64,000 nt of DNA. It comes from Cenococcum geophilum (taxonomy: Eukaryota). The DNA lies in contig CP158635.1 of the NCBI GenBank assembly GCA_050273025.1, positions 22,320,001-22,384,000 on the forward strand, read 5' to 3'. Below the pieces are notes generated by a model. That model was not told the DNA's origin, did not search any database, and saw only the letters and a list, made by a program, of their open reading frames with translations. Of the stretch, positions 50,132-62,300 are shown piece after piece (within the stretch, counting starts at the first letter, position 1; every line of letters starts with the position of its first letter). Position numbers and translations under genes: made by a program.

Positions 50132-51705
50132 GCTCTTAAGAACGCCAATCTTCCGTAGAGCCTTTTTTAGCGTTCCTATTAATAGCAGTCGCTTTTAAGC
50201 TAGCTTCTATATATAGGTAACTAGCAGCTACTAAAGCACTAAAATATTACGCGTTTAACCACTATACCCTTTTAAAGTAAAAAATAGCGAAATATAGATT
50301 TAGCCTCTAGCTTAGACTCTAAACTAGGCAAGCCGTCTTATTTTAAGCCAGCTTTAGACTTAGATTTAAGCTCTAACTTTAGAGCTAGGGAAGACGCTAA
50401 TTCTAAGATGGAATATTTATAGTAAAAGATTGCGTATTATAAGGATTAAGGAAGGGCAAAGTTAAAACGGAAGCCTTAGTCTACTTCTCTTATTAAGCGT
50501 AAGTTCTAAAATTAGGAAAAGTTCGTTTATATTTAAACTAAAATTCACCTTATAATACTAATAATTTATATTTAAGTTCTGCCTAAAAGTTAAGTCTAAC
50601 CTAACTAAGGCCCTTTATTAGTGTATAGCCGATATATTTAAAACATACCTTAAATAGCGCGTAAAGAATTCTTAAATTAAGAAGGAAAGTATAATTTAGG
50701 TATACTAGAGACAAATACTATATAAATTTATAGGTATAGCAGGCCATAGTATAAATAATAGCGTAGAACTTAATATATAAAATATAGGTAATCTTTAATT
50801 TAAAAAAAAAACCTAGCTAATTTATTATAGTGGATCTTAACCTACTTAATGCTAATATATAAGCTGGACACGTTAAAGAAAGAAAAGGATGTAATATATA
50901 TATAGGACTTATATATAATTATTAATGCCTATTAAATAACAGACGTAAAGCCTTACTATAGTCGTTTTTAAGTATAGGTGGGAGTAATCCTTCTCCTCTT
51001 TAGTGCTACGGCAATAAGACCCTAAGCTCTTATTAAAAGTTTAAGCGTAAAAGGCTCTAATAAAGCGCTTTTATATAAACATATCACAATTCTAAAAATT
51101 TGCAATGTAAAAAACTTTAATTAAACTATAACTATCGCCCTTATAAGTCTTATATATATTAAGAATTCTAAAGGTATAAGTAGATAGTATATAGTAACGT
51201 TAATTAAAGACGGCGCAAATGGTGCTAATAGACCTATAATAAGAGGTTTATTTTCCGTCTTAAAAGTATCCTAGCTTTTATATCCTATTTTATCTTATAA
51301 GCCTTACTATTATAAATAATATATTTTAACGCCATTACACTTCGCCAGCAGAGATTTTTAGACTTAAAATCCTAGCGAAAAAAGAAAGTCTTAAGGTAAA
51401 GTTTAAGAAGGAGATAGAGAAACAACCCATCTTTTAAAATATTAAGATAATGGCTAGTTATAGGGGAGTATCGGATACCAAAGCATTCCCTTACTAGAAA
51501 TGCCGCGATTACTATGTATAGTTAGGCTAAGTAGCTAGGTTTAAATAATTGCTTAAACTTTACTAGCTATAATAAGCGTCTAAAAGAAAATTAAATAGTA
51601 TGTATCTAATTTAATATAAGTGTATATATTAACTAAGTTTTCTAAGTACCCTTACTCTAGAAGAGCGAAATTAGATAATAGGTTATTACGGCGATACCTA
51701 CTAAC

Positions 51706-52053
51706 TGTTATGGGACACCCCCGTAATACCTTATACACGTCTACCTGTTTCCACCTACTTAGTAACTAAAGACCGACTATAAGACGGCAATCTGACAGCA
51801 ATCTACCGCATTCTGCTATATTCTGCTAGGTTTACCAAATCCTGCCAAGTTCTGCTAGGACCACTACCCAAATCCTATCCTACCCTATATATGTGTTAAC
51901 TAAGTAACCAAGTTAGCGATATATACCCTTTCTTCCCGTTTCCTTACCTTCTCTCTTTATATAATGTCTTAATTTTATTATATAGTTTATATATATAGCT
52001 TAATAATATCTACTTTGCTATATATTATCGTCGCTTATACTTACTCCGTAACA
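51706..52053 (+). repeat. 5' LTR of Gypsy-5
   Basis: TGTTATGG...CCGTAACA; direct repeat of 57278-57646. Confidence 0.95.
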
Positions 52054-55000
52054 CTATATTATATTAAACCTATACTCTATACCGCCCTAACTAGTATGCA
52101 GAACAATCCGGAAGCCCCTATATCTGTAAAAGACCTATATAATATATTCACCAAACAAATAGAGACTTTGTAATAGGCTTTTGCGGATACCTTTACCTAT
52201 TAGGAAGCCCGATATTATAAGTTAATCAAATCTCTAGGGAAGGAAATTAAAGAGATCCGCTAAAACCCACCGTCTGCTACACCGTTACCCCTACCTATCC
52301 CTACCGGTATTAACCCATAAATATTAGGTGGAAAGAGCGCGTCTAGAACTGGCTCCTTAACCCCAAATTCGCCGATTAGCGTCCCTATAAAGAAGCTATC
52401 TAAATATCTTCCTAACCCTTCCGCCTATTTAGGTAAAAGGAGTAAACTACGCTCCTTCCTTAACTAACTTAAGAATAAGCTAAACGGCAATATCGATCGC
52501 TATCCCACTCCCAATAGTCAGCTATATTACGCTGTAAGCCGCCTAATAGGAGACGCCGTAAAAACTATATACCCGTTCCAGCCGAACACTATAAAAGAAC
52601 TAGTTACTATACTAGAAGTATTTTATGGCGACCCTAACCAAATTACTATAGTATAAAGAAAACTAAATAAGATAATATAAGGCTCCAAGAGCTTTCTATT
52701 ATACTTTACTAAATTCCACCACTATACTAAAGAGACTAAATGGAATGAATCCGCCCTAATTAATCGCTTAGTAGAGTCCCTAAACTCCAAACTAAAGGCT
52801 TCCCTTGTGGGAGTTAAGCTGCTAAATACCCTTACTACTTACGCCAATGTTATTAATGGCCTATACAACGATATACTACGCCTTACTCCGAAACATATAC
52901 CTTAATACTCTGCCCTTTAGCTATATAAGACCCGTAAGGACCTAGACGCCATAAATATCAATACTAGAACCCTCTCTTACGCCCTAAAAGGATCTGCTAA
53001 ATATAAACGACGCATTAAACATAGCCTTTGTTTTAAGTGCGGAAGTAACGTTTATATCTTAAGTTACTGCTCTATTCCCCTGCCCTAAATAAATATTTAA
53101 ATAACTAGTATAGGTGGTGTACCGCTGTCCTAATTATATAAAAGGACAACTAGTATAAGCGGCTGATCGCCTTAATTAAGCCTAGTTTACTAACCCCGAT
53201 TATTATCTAATTCCAGCTTAGCATTTAGTAAGTATTACCTATAAGGACAAAGCTACAACCGATATACCGTAAGAACCCCGCCCCGATTACCTCTAAAAGG
53301 AAGGTCCTAAAGCTAAGTCGCTCTCCGGGACTGCTCTGCCTTAGGATCTCGTTAAATGCTTTAGATATCACGAACTCTAACTCTTAGGATCGCAGTATAA
53401 CCGTTAACTATTGTCTATAGCAGAACGATTAATAGGTTAATGCTTAAGTCTTAATTAATACAGGAGCTAGCAGTATAGGATTTATCAACAAAATCTTTGT
53501 GTAAGATAATGGTTTTACCCTAACCCCCCTTAACCGGCATATTAACGTATTTGGATTTAATGGCAAACGCACCGTCTTAGGTTATATTACCTATATAGTA
53601 TTCCTAAGACTCCAATACCTAAACCACAAAGAATTAATTAAACTTTTCGTTACCACCCTAGGTTACTTAGTAATCCTTAAACAACCCTAGATAAAGCTAT
53701 ATAAGGTAACTATTAATTAGGACAACCTTAAGCTTCTATTTACCGCCTCCTACTATAAGTAGAAGTGCCTTACAACTTACTGCTTAGACCCAGAACTAAA
53801 ATCTAAAAATTTTACTAAAATCTACCTTGTACCTAAGAAGTCCACCATATTCCACTAGCCTGGGAATTCTACCGAATTCCACCAATATAAGACTTCCACC
53901 AATATCTATTAAGGATCTAAAAATTCCACCAAATCCCACAGATAGCCCCTAAGTACTACACCACCCCGCGCTAAGTAAAAGCTTAAGCTAACTATACGGA
54001 AATACTAAAAGGACTGGTACTCTACTATAAAGAGCATACTTAAAGAACCCGAACCTAAATCTAATACTAACTCTATACCTAATACTAAACCTAAAGCTAA
54101 ATAAGAGATTAAGAACGACTAGAGCTTACCCAACACCCTAGATATCTAAATAATTAGAGCTACCCCGCTAACACAACTCGCTAAGAAACCCAAATATACG
54201 ATCTTTGCTGTTATAATAGCCGATATTAAGAAGGCCTTAGCACTAAAGAAGCACACTAACCCTGCCATGAAGGTACTAGTAGAGTACCATAACTGCCTAA
54301 AAGCATTTTTATAAAAAGAAGCTAATAAGCTACCGGAATACCGACCGTATAATTATAAGATTATACTTAAAGAAGGAAAGCAGCCTAGATTTAGACCCCT
54401 ATACGGAATGTCCTAAAATAAACTTTAAGTGCTATAAAAGTACCTAGATAAGAACCTAAGTAAAGGATTTATTAGAGCAAGTTCCTCACCTATAGCTATA
54501 CCAGTAATCCTTATTAAGAAACCCAGTAGCGGTTTACGCTTCTATATAGACTACTAAGCCCTTAACGCCGTTACTGTTAAGAACTAATATCTAATCCTAT
54601 TAATATAAGAAACGCTAAACTAACTAAGCAAAGCTCGTTACTATATAAAGCTTAATATTATTTCCGTATTTAACCGCCTCCGTATTATAAAAGGAGATAA
54701 ATGGCTTACTGTATTTTGCACCTAATATAGACTATTTAAGTACTTAGTAACCCCCTTTAGCCTCACAAACGCTCCGAGCTTATTTTAATATTACGTAAAT
54801 AACACCCTGCGTCCCTACCTGGATATCTTCTATACTACTTATATTGACGACATCCTAATATATAGTAATAACCTAACCAAACACCGGAAATACGTCGATT
54901 TTATATTATAAGCCCTACACGGAGCTGGTCTGTAATTGGATATAGATAAATATAAGTTTTATAAGACGGAAGTTCTATACCTTAGACTTCTTATTTCTAT

Positions 55001-57277
55001 AAACGGCATATAAATAGACCTAAAGAAGGTCGAAGCAATTATAAACTAGTAAGAACCCGAGAACGTTAAGGACTTAAAAGCCTTTATAGGATTTGCCAAC
55101 TTCTACTAACGGTTTATTAATAACTTCTCCGCCCTAGCTTTACCCCTTATAGCCCTAACCTAAAAGGATAAGGCCTTTATCTTTAATAAGGAATATAAGA
55201 AGGCCTTTACTTATCTAAAGGTTATATTTACTACCGCACCTATACTCTAATACTTCGACCCGAACCGAATAAGTGTTATAGAAGCTAATTTATCCGACTA
55301 TATTACTAAAGGCATTCTGTCTTAATATAACGAAGATGGAGTATTATACCCTGTAGTATACTTCTTAAAATAACTAAGCCTAGCCGAATATAACTACGAG
55401 ATCTACAATAAGGAATTATTAGCTATATTTAGATATTTTAAATAATGGCGACCCGAACTAGAAGGCGCTAGATTTCCGATTAAGGTCCTTAGCGACTATA
55501 AGAACCTATAGTACTTTACAACCATAAAACAGCTAAGTTATCGTTAGGCCCGCTAGTTAGAATACTTATCTTACTTCTAATTCTTAATTATATACCGCCT
55601 AGGCGTTTAAGGCTAAAAGCCTAATACCCTAACCCGATACTCGCAAGACGCGCTAGCACTAAAAGAAGTGCGTTCCTACCGAAAATAGACCTTACTCCGT
55701 CCCGAACTATTTAATCCTCCTACTAAAGACCTTACGGTGCACGTCCTTAAAATAACTAATTAATTAATTAAATAGATTATAGTTAATAAATACCTAAACG
55801 ACGAGTTTATCTAAGAGACGCTTAAGCTAATATAAGATGGCATTAGACGCTCTAAGAAGATTTCTCTAAGTAAATACAAAGCCTGTGGAAACCGCTTGTA
55901 CTATAGGAACCGCCTAGTTATGCTTAACCATAATAAACTTAAGCTTAAGCTCCTTGAACATGTATATAATCTACTAGTAGCCGGCTACCTAGGCCGAGGA
56001 AAGACCCTAGAACTGCTCTAATGAGAATACTATTAGCTAAATATGTATAATATGACACGAAGATATATCTCTAGCTACTATACCTACTAACGAGCTAAAG
56101 CGTCGCATAAGACGTATAACGGCCTTTTAAAGCCACTACCTATTCCGGACCGAAGATAGAAGGATATCTTAATTGACTTTATTGTCGATCCCCCTATAAG
56201 TAAAGGCTACACGAACATTATAGTAGTTGTAGACCAACTATCTAAGATAAGACACCTAATCGCCTGCCCTAATATGTTAATATCTACTATCGCCCGACTA
56301 TTCCTAGATTATATATAGAAACTCTACAGATTTCCTAAAACAATCATCTCCGATAGAGGCAGCCAGTTTATTTTAGTATTTTCGAAAGAACTAACTACCC
56401 AACTCCGCATTAAAGCACTATTATTTATAGCTTATTACCTGGAAACGGACGGTTAAATAAAATGTATAAATGCTATTATGGAACAGTATATTTGGATATA
56501 CACGTCGTATTTATAGGATGACTGGATTAACTGGCTTATATTCGCCGAGTTTACTATAAATAACTCCGTCTTAGAAACCACAAAGATCTCCCCGTTCCTG
56601 GCTAACTACGGCTAGCATCTATAAATGGGTTTTAAACCTTTTAGTAATGTTCCTCACCCTGCTTATTACGCCTTATAAGTTATAGAAGCAAATGAATTTG
56701 TAGAAAAGATAGAGGAACTATAATAGTTTCTTACTAATAAAATAATATGGGCCTAATTTGTCTATAAAGCTATAGCAAATAAGAAACGAACCCTAGCACT
56801 AGCCTACTAAATTAGTAACTTTGTTTGGCTAGATATAAGAAATCTAAACACGAAATAACCTGCTAAGAAACTTAATTAGAAGAACGCTGGCCCTTATAAG
56901 GTTAAGAAGGTTGTCTCCTCTTACTTCTACTAATTAAAGCTCCCTAACACGGTTAAAATCTACCCCGTATTCTATATATTAGTCCTTTACCCTACTGCCC
57001 CTATATTAGACGCTCTGCCTAGATAGATATAGGACCCTCCCCTATTAGTTAAAGTGGATGGTAAGAATAAATACTTTATTAAAAGAATTAATAATATTAA
57101 GTATAATAAACGGAAACGCCAATATATATATCTTATAAAATGGAGAGGCTTTACTAAGCCGTTATGGGAACCTATTAACTCTATAGGACTTATATAAGCC
57201 GTAAAAGACTTTTATAAACTCTACCCAGAACTACCGCAGCCCCATCTCGTAGAAGCTCGAGTTTAAAAGGGGGGTAC

Positions 57278-57646
57278 TGTTATGGGATACCCCCGTAACA
57301 CCTTATACACGTCTACCTATTTCCACCTACTTAGTAACTAAAGACCGACTATAAGACGGCAATTTGATAGTAATCTACGGCAATCTAATAGTAATTTGCC
57401 GCATTCTGCTATATTCTACTAGGTCTACTAAATCCTACTAAGTTCTGCTAGGACTACTACCTAAATTCTATCCTACCCTATATATGTATTAACTAAGCAA
57501 CCAAGTTAGTAATATATACCCTTTCTTCCCGTTTCCTTACCTTCTCTCCTTATATAACATCTTGATCTTATTACATAGTTTATATACATAGCTTAATAAT
57601 ATCTACTTTGCTATATATTATTGTCGCTTATACTTACTCCGTAACA
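57278..57646 (+). repeat. 3' LTR of Gypsy-5
   Basis: Preceded by the PPT, followed by TSD CTAAC. Confidence 0.95.
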
Positions 57647-59309
57647 CTAACGGTTTTATTTACCTAATTTAATTAAGCGCGATTTCTAGTTAATCTACTT
57701 TAGGACTTTATTATAGGACGACCTTATCTAATATGCCGTATAGATAGGGATCTTAAGGGATAAATAGGCCCCTATAGGTCTAACTAATAAGTAAAAGCTT
57801 AAATTCTAGCTAAAACTTAATTAACACCCTAATATTCTATAGCTTTATAAGAAATAAGAGCAATATAAGTAAAAGATTAGGAGCTAGGGATATCACCCTA
57901 TTAATACCGTAAAGGGAATAAAACTATATAACTATTATAATGAAGCCAGATATAAACTTTATAGTATTATAAATATCCTACGCAAATAAAAAGAGGACTA
58001 GGTTATTCTCGATTTTTATAACACTATTAATAATCACGATATTAAAAGACAGCTTAGTAGTAGCGTTGGGACAGAAATTCCTACCCGTTTAGCTATATAG
58101 TATAAATTTTATAAACGTGCTACTATTACTAAACTACTATCTTAGCCGCTAAAAAAGCTTAAAGGAGGACACGCTATAAAACTCCATATAAAGTTTATCC
58201 GTAATCTTGTTAAGTATTATAATTAATAAAAGAGTTAGCAGAATGGGATCCTAAGTAAGGCTATTAGATTTTAACTTAGGTCTAAAGTAGACTAAAGTAT
58301 AATAGGCGTAAAAAGAGGTACAAGTAACGCTAATACTAGTACCTATTAATAGGCAAAGCGGTAAAAAGAATAGATTAGCTTAGACTTGCCTTTTAAAAAA
58401 AACCTAGATAAGATATAGAGCGCGGTCCTAATTAAGGAAGAGGGTGTTAAAATAATATAGCTATTATATCCTATAATGTTTACTAATCTTATTTATCTTA
58501 TCTATATTAGTAATAACTAACTCTTAATATTAAGGCAGACCTAACTATTTATAAAGAAGGATATACTATAAAAGCATCTTAATAATTACGTTATAGAAGG
58601 AGTGTTTAGGTAGGGGTTCTACTATAAGCATCTTTATTACTTAAAATAAATTAAAGGACTTAAGCATTTTAAAAATTACGCAGCCCTTATATATGGTGTA
58701 TAGCATCTAATTAAGAGGCACTGCTAGGTAAGTCGCCTTACCTATATAAGAATCCTATACTAACCCTTTAGTACCTATAGAAAGGTATATAACTAGTAAA
58801 TTTAGAACTATATATTCCTTATATATAGGACCTTTTCCTAATTATTACGCGCTTATCTTATTATTCTTTACTACTTTTTATTTTATTTTAGTTTATTATT
58901 ATTTAATCCTATTCTAGTATTTAATAGAATAGATATAATAACTAGGATTTTATAATTCGTTTAGGGGGGCGAAAGGTAAGGGTAAGATAAAGGGTAGAGT
59001 AAGGAGTGAAGTAAAGGGAGGCTAATGGGAGATAAATAATATAGTTACTATATAATATCTAACGGACCGACTATAGATAAGATATATATTTAAATTTCTT
59101 AAATTAACATAAATAGATAAAGGAAGAGAAGTATTATATAATAACTTCCTACCTAAGCCAATCTCCTAAGCTATATATCTTTACTTATATATAATACTTA
59201 TACCTTTTATAATAAAGTATATAAGGGTAATTAGGGTTAAATAGATAACTGTTATCCTTAATGTAATATATAAACTTAGCTTTATAACTAATATTATAAT
59301 AGGTCCTAG

Positions 59310-62300
59310 TAACATTGTTTAAAAAAAAAGCCGCTATAGTAGCAGAACACGCCTACTACCTTTTTAATAAAGAAATAACCACTTCTAATCGAATCTACGG
59401 CAGAACATGCCCTAGAATCAATGTACGCATTACAGCCGGAAAGCCTGCGCGACCCAAGAGGGTCGCTGTAGACTTGAAGGTGGGCCGACATATAGAAAAA
59501 CGCGACACCACAATAAACCCATTAGGGGGTGACGCAACTACATTAACCTAAGGACATTAACCAGAAATGGGAGAAACTTATGGACACCCTAAAAGATATT
59601 AAGGAAGATCTAGGGAAGGAAGAAGACGAACACCCACGCGTAAGGGTAGCGTGTGCGGCCTAATAAGCAGGACAAATCGCCAGGGAACTTTGGACGAGAT
59701 ACAATAGGAACTAAAACGCGGTAGAAGACAGGCTCAGGCGCATTAAGGATGCTATAAAAGTATAGGGAGCACTAATAGTACCAGCAATAAAGCCATTATA
59801 GGTAAATATCGCTGTAAGTGCCTAACCGGTGCCTCTCTAGCGTATACCTAGCGTGGCACCGATTAGGGCTATAGTTAGGGTTAGAATACTAGAGATAGCA
59901 AGAGTGGAACTAAAATAGATCCTTATATCGATTAAGGCATATATACTAAGGGTAGTGGCGGTAAGGGTACTATAAAGCGGCGATATTAAAGTTACGCTCC
60001 CTAACCAGCAGATAAAGAATTAGGTTATTACCTAGGGAGATACCCCTAAGTGTAAGATCCTCTAATAGGACTACCTAGTTAAAGTAATAGGGGTACCCAT
60101 TAATACATAAGTAGAAAGCGGGTGAGGCGCCACAAATATATAGCTTATTTAGAGGATTACGGAGGCTACTAAAAAACTAGTCCTAGGAATTATTATAACT
60201 AGAGTTACATGGCTTAATAAAGAACGTATAATATATATAAAGGAGTTACCGGGGTTCTAAAAGGTTAAAACGCGCGGCACCCTAATAATCAGCCTATTAA
60301 TATAAGAGATATAGGTAGCACTAGCCCGTAAGGGAGTGGTTATAGATAGCCTCTGGTATAAAGCCCGGCTCTACTACTACGGAGTCTAAGTTAAATAATA
60401 CTTTAGATGCTAATAGTGGGGATATACCTAGAGCGTATACGGGAGGCAGGTAAGGTGCGGAGAGTGTGCCGACACTTATAATACTAAGGACTGCCCGAAA
60501 AATAAGGGAGCTAGATATGTAAATTGCGGTAAAGAATACAGAGCATGGCAGAAGATGGCGTGTAAGACCTATTAGGTATACTAAGAAGCCACTATAGTAA
60601 GATAAGCCTAGCTATATTAGATTATAGCTTCGCTATAGGGAAACGCCTATAAGGAGAATGAGATAAGCAGGGTAAGTAAAGGTGGGTAGATAGTCGCTTA
60701 ACGGAAAAGGTTTAGGGTACCTACCTCTATAGGAGCACTATCTACCCAACTGGCAGTAAAACGGAGCGTAGGACGCCTGTAAGGCAGTATTAACGCGGCT
60801 AAAGACCTATCCTAGCAGAGAATCCTAACTGCAATGGCCTTGGCCGAGACGCCCTAGATATAAAGGGAAGACGCCTATAAGTTACCAGATGAGTTATAAA
60901 AGGGTTAATAATAGTATAATATAACTGCGGACATTTAAACTATAAAGTAACACGCCCTCTGTTTAATAGCTTTGACCTAAAAAAATACTAGATAATAGCC
61001 CTATAAGAACTAGCCTATAATAAGCAAACCCGAAAAATATATAAACTAAAAGAATACTACCTCCTATATAAACTAGACCTGGCTACCCGCGCGTACTTTT
61101 TAATTAGCTAATATATTAGTATATAGGCGTAGAGCTATTAGACTATTAGCCCTAATATAGCTAAAGTATAAATAGCTATAGATAGGGGCTAAATTAGTAT
61201 AATTAACGTCTATAACCTAAGCGACAATAGGCCCTAGATAGCTATGTGGGGATTACTATAATATACTATTAATATAGCAGAAGGCGAGATAATAGTTCTA
61301 GGGGACTTTAATGCGCACTATATAGTATGGGGAGGCTAGTAGGCTACAGTAAAAGTATAGGCGATTTACCTGCTTAATAAACTAGAAACGCGAGGCCTTG
61401 TTTTAACTACCCTAACTGGTAAACCTACCTAGAAAAGAGGGATCTAGGAGAGCATAATCGACTTAATATTTATATAAGAAGCACTTATAGACCGGCTAGC
61501 GTTCTGTGGGATAGAAAATATATAGGTAATAACTGCAGACTATATACCTATACGGATTTCTCTTAATGTTAACGCTCTAGCGCAATGAACCCGCCGGAGA
61601 TACGCTATACAAAAACTTAATTAGGAAAAATACTCCTAAGAAATTACTAATAGACTAGTACTAATACCGGAGGTAACGCTAGGGGATATTTAGAGAACTA
61701 TAAGTAACTGCTTAGAAGAGTACTGCCTAAAAGCGAAACCTAGTAAATACGCCCGGCGGGAATGGTTATTAGAGGCGGCTTAGCTCGTTATAGGCATAAG
61801 GAGGGTAAAGCGTTAGTATAGCGTAATAGGCGAGGCCTACTACTATTAGAGCTATAAGGCCCTAAAAAATAGGCTTAAGAAGATAATATGGAAGGAAAAT
61901 AGAAATAGCTAGCGCTAGTTTCTAGAGGAAACCTCCTTAAACCCTACTAAACTATATAACTAAGGTTTTTGGCGCTTATTAAAGTGAAGCAGGCGAGCCG
62001 TAAGGGAAACACTAGGTGACCCTTACCTACCTACACTCTGCTAGACAGATTAAAACTAGTACATAAACGATAATAGGGAAAAAATAAAAATACTTATAGA
62101 GAGATTCTTTTTAGGTGTGTGCCAAGCGGACCTATAGGATATTAGTAACTAAGACCTCCCCCTACCTCTAGAGATAAGCTAGATAGTCTTACTAAAGGAA
62201 ATAAAAGATGCTATATGGAGACTCCTTACTAGTAAAGCGGCGGGGCTTAATAGGATCCTAAATAAGGCGATTAAAGCTATATTAGAGGCTATAGCTATAC

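Larger units (their letters stand above)
51706..57646 (+). mobile_element. Full-length Ty3/Gypsy chromovirus inserted in the captain gene, RIP'd (Gypsy-5)
   Basis: LTRs at 51706-52053 (348 bp) and 57278-57646 (369 bp; one extra 21-bp tandem unit). TSD CTAAC at 51701-51705 and 57647-57651. PPT AAAAGGGGGG at ~57265-57274. RT YIDDILIYS at ~54840. Chromodomain-like YLIKWRGF..P.WEP at ~57130-57173. Confidence 0.96.
50264..58727 (+). pseudogene. Starship captain: DUF3435-type tyrosine recombinase, RIP'd and split by Gypsy-5 (coding blocks ~50264-51705 and ~57652-58727, with short introns)
   Basis: De-RIP readings: RFRVQVGVILLLFSATA.RP.ALIES (~50963-51040); LGRVAGFEQLLELYQLRRASGR.LN (~51520-51598); LTPEERNQIMGH.GDTY|QRFYLPDLI.RDFQSIYFG across the insertion; RD.RAP.GLT; C-terminal C..CIG...C.HP.C......HF.NHAA.VHG zinc-finger region (~58495-58700). 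Confidence 0.85.

Noticed and set aside
59306..59551. ORFs 59315-59551 (+) and 59306-59491 (-)
   Set aside because: Alternative frames over the LINE 5' region; the gag-like frame begins at ~59421 and is broken by RIP stops.
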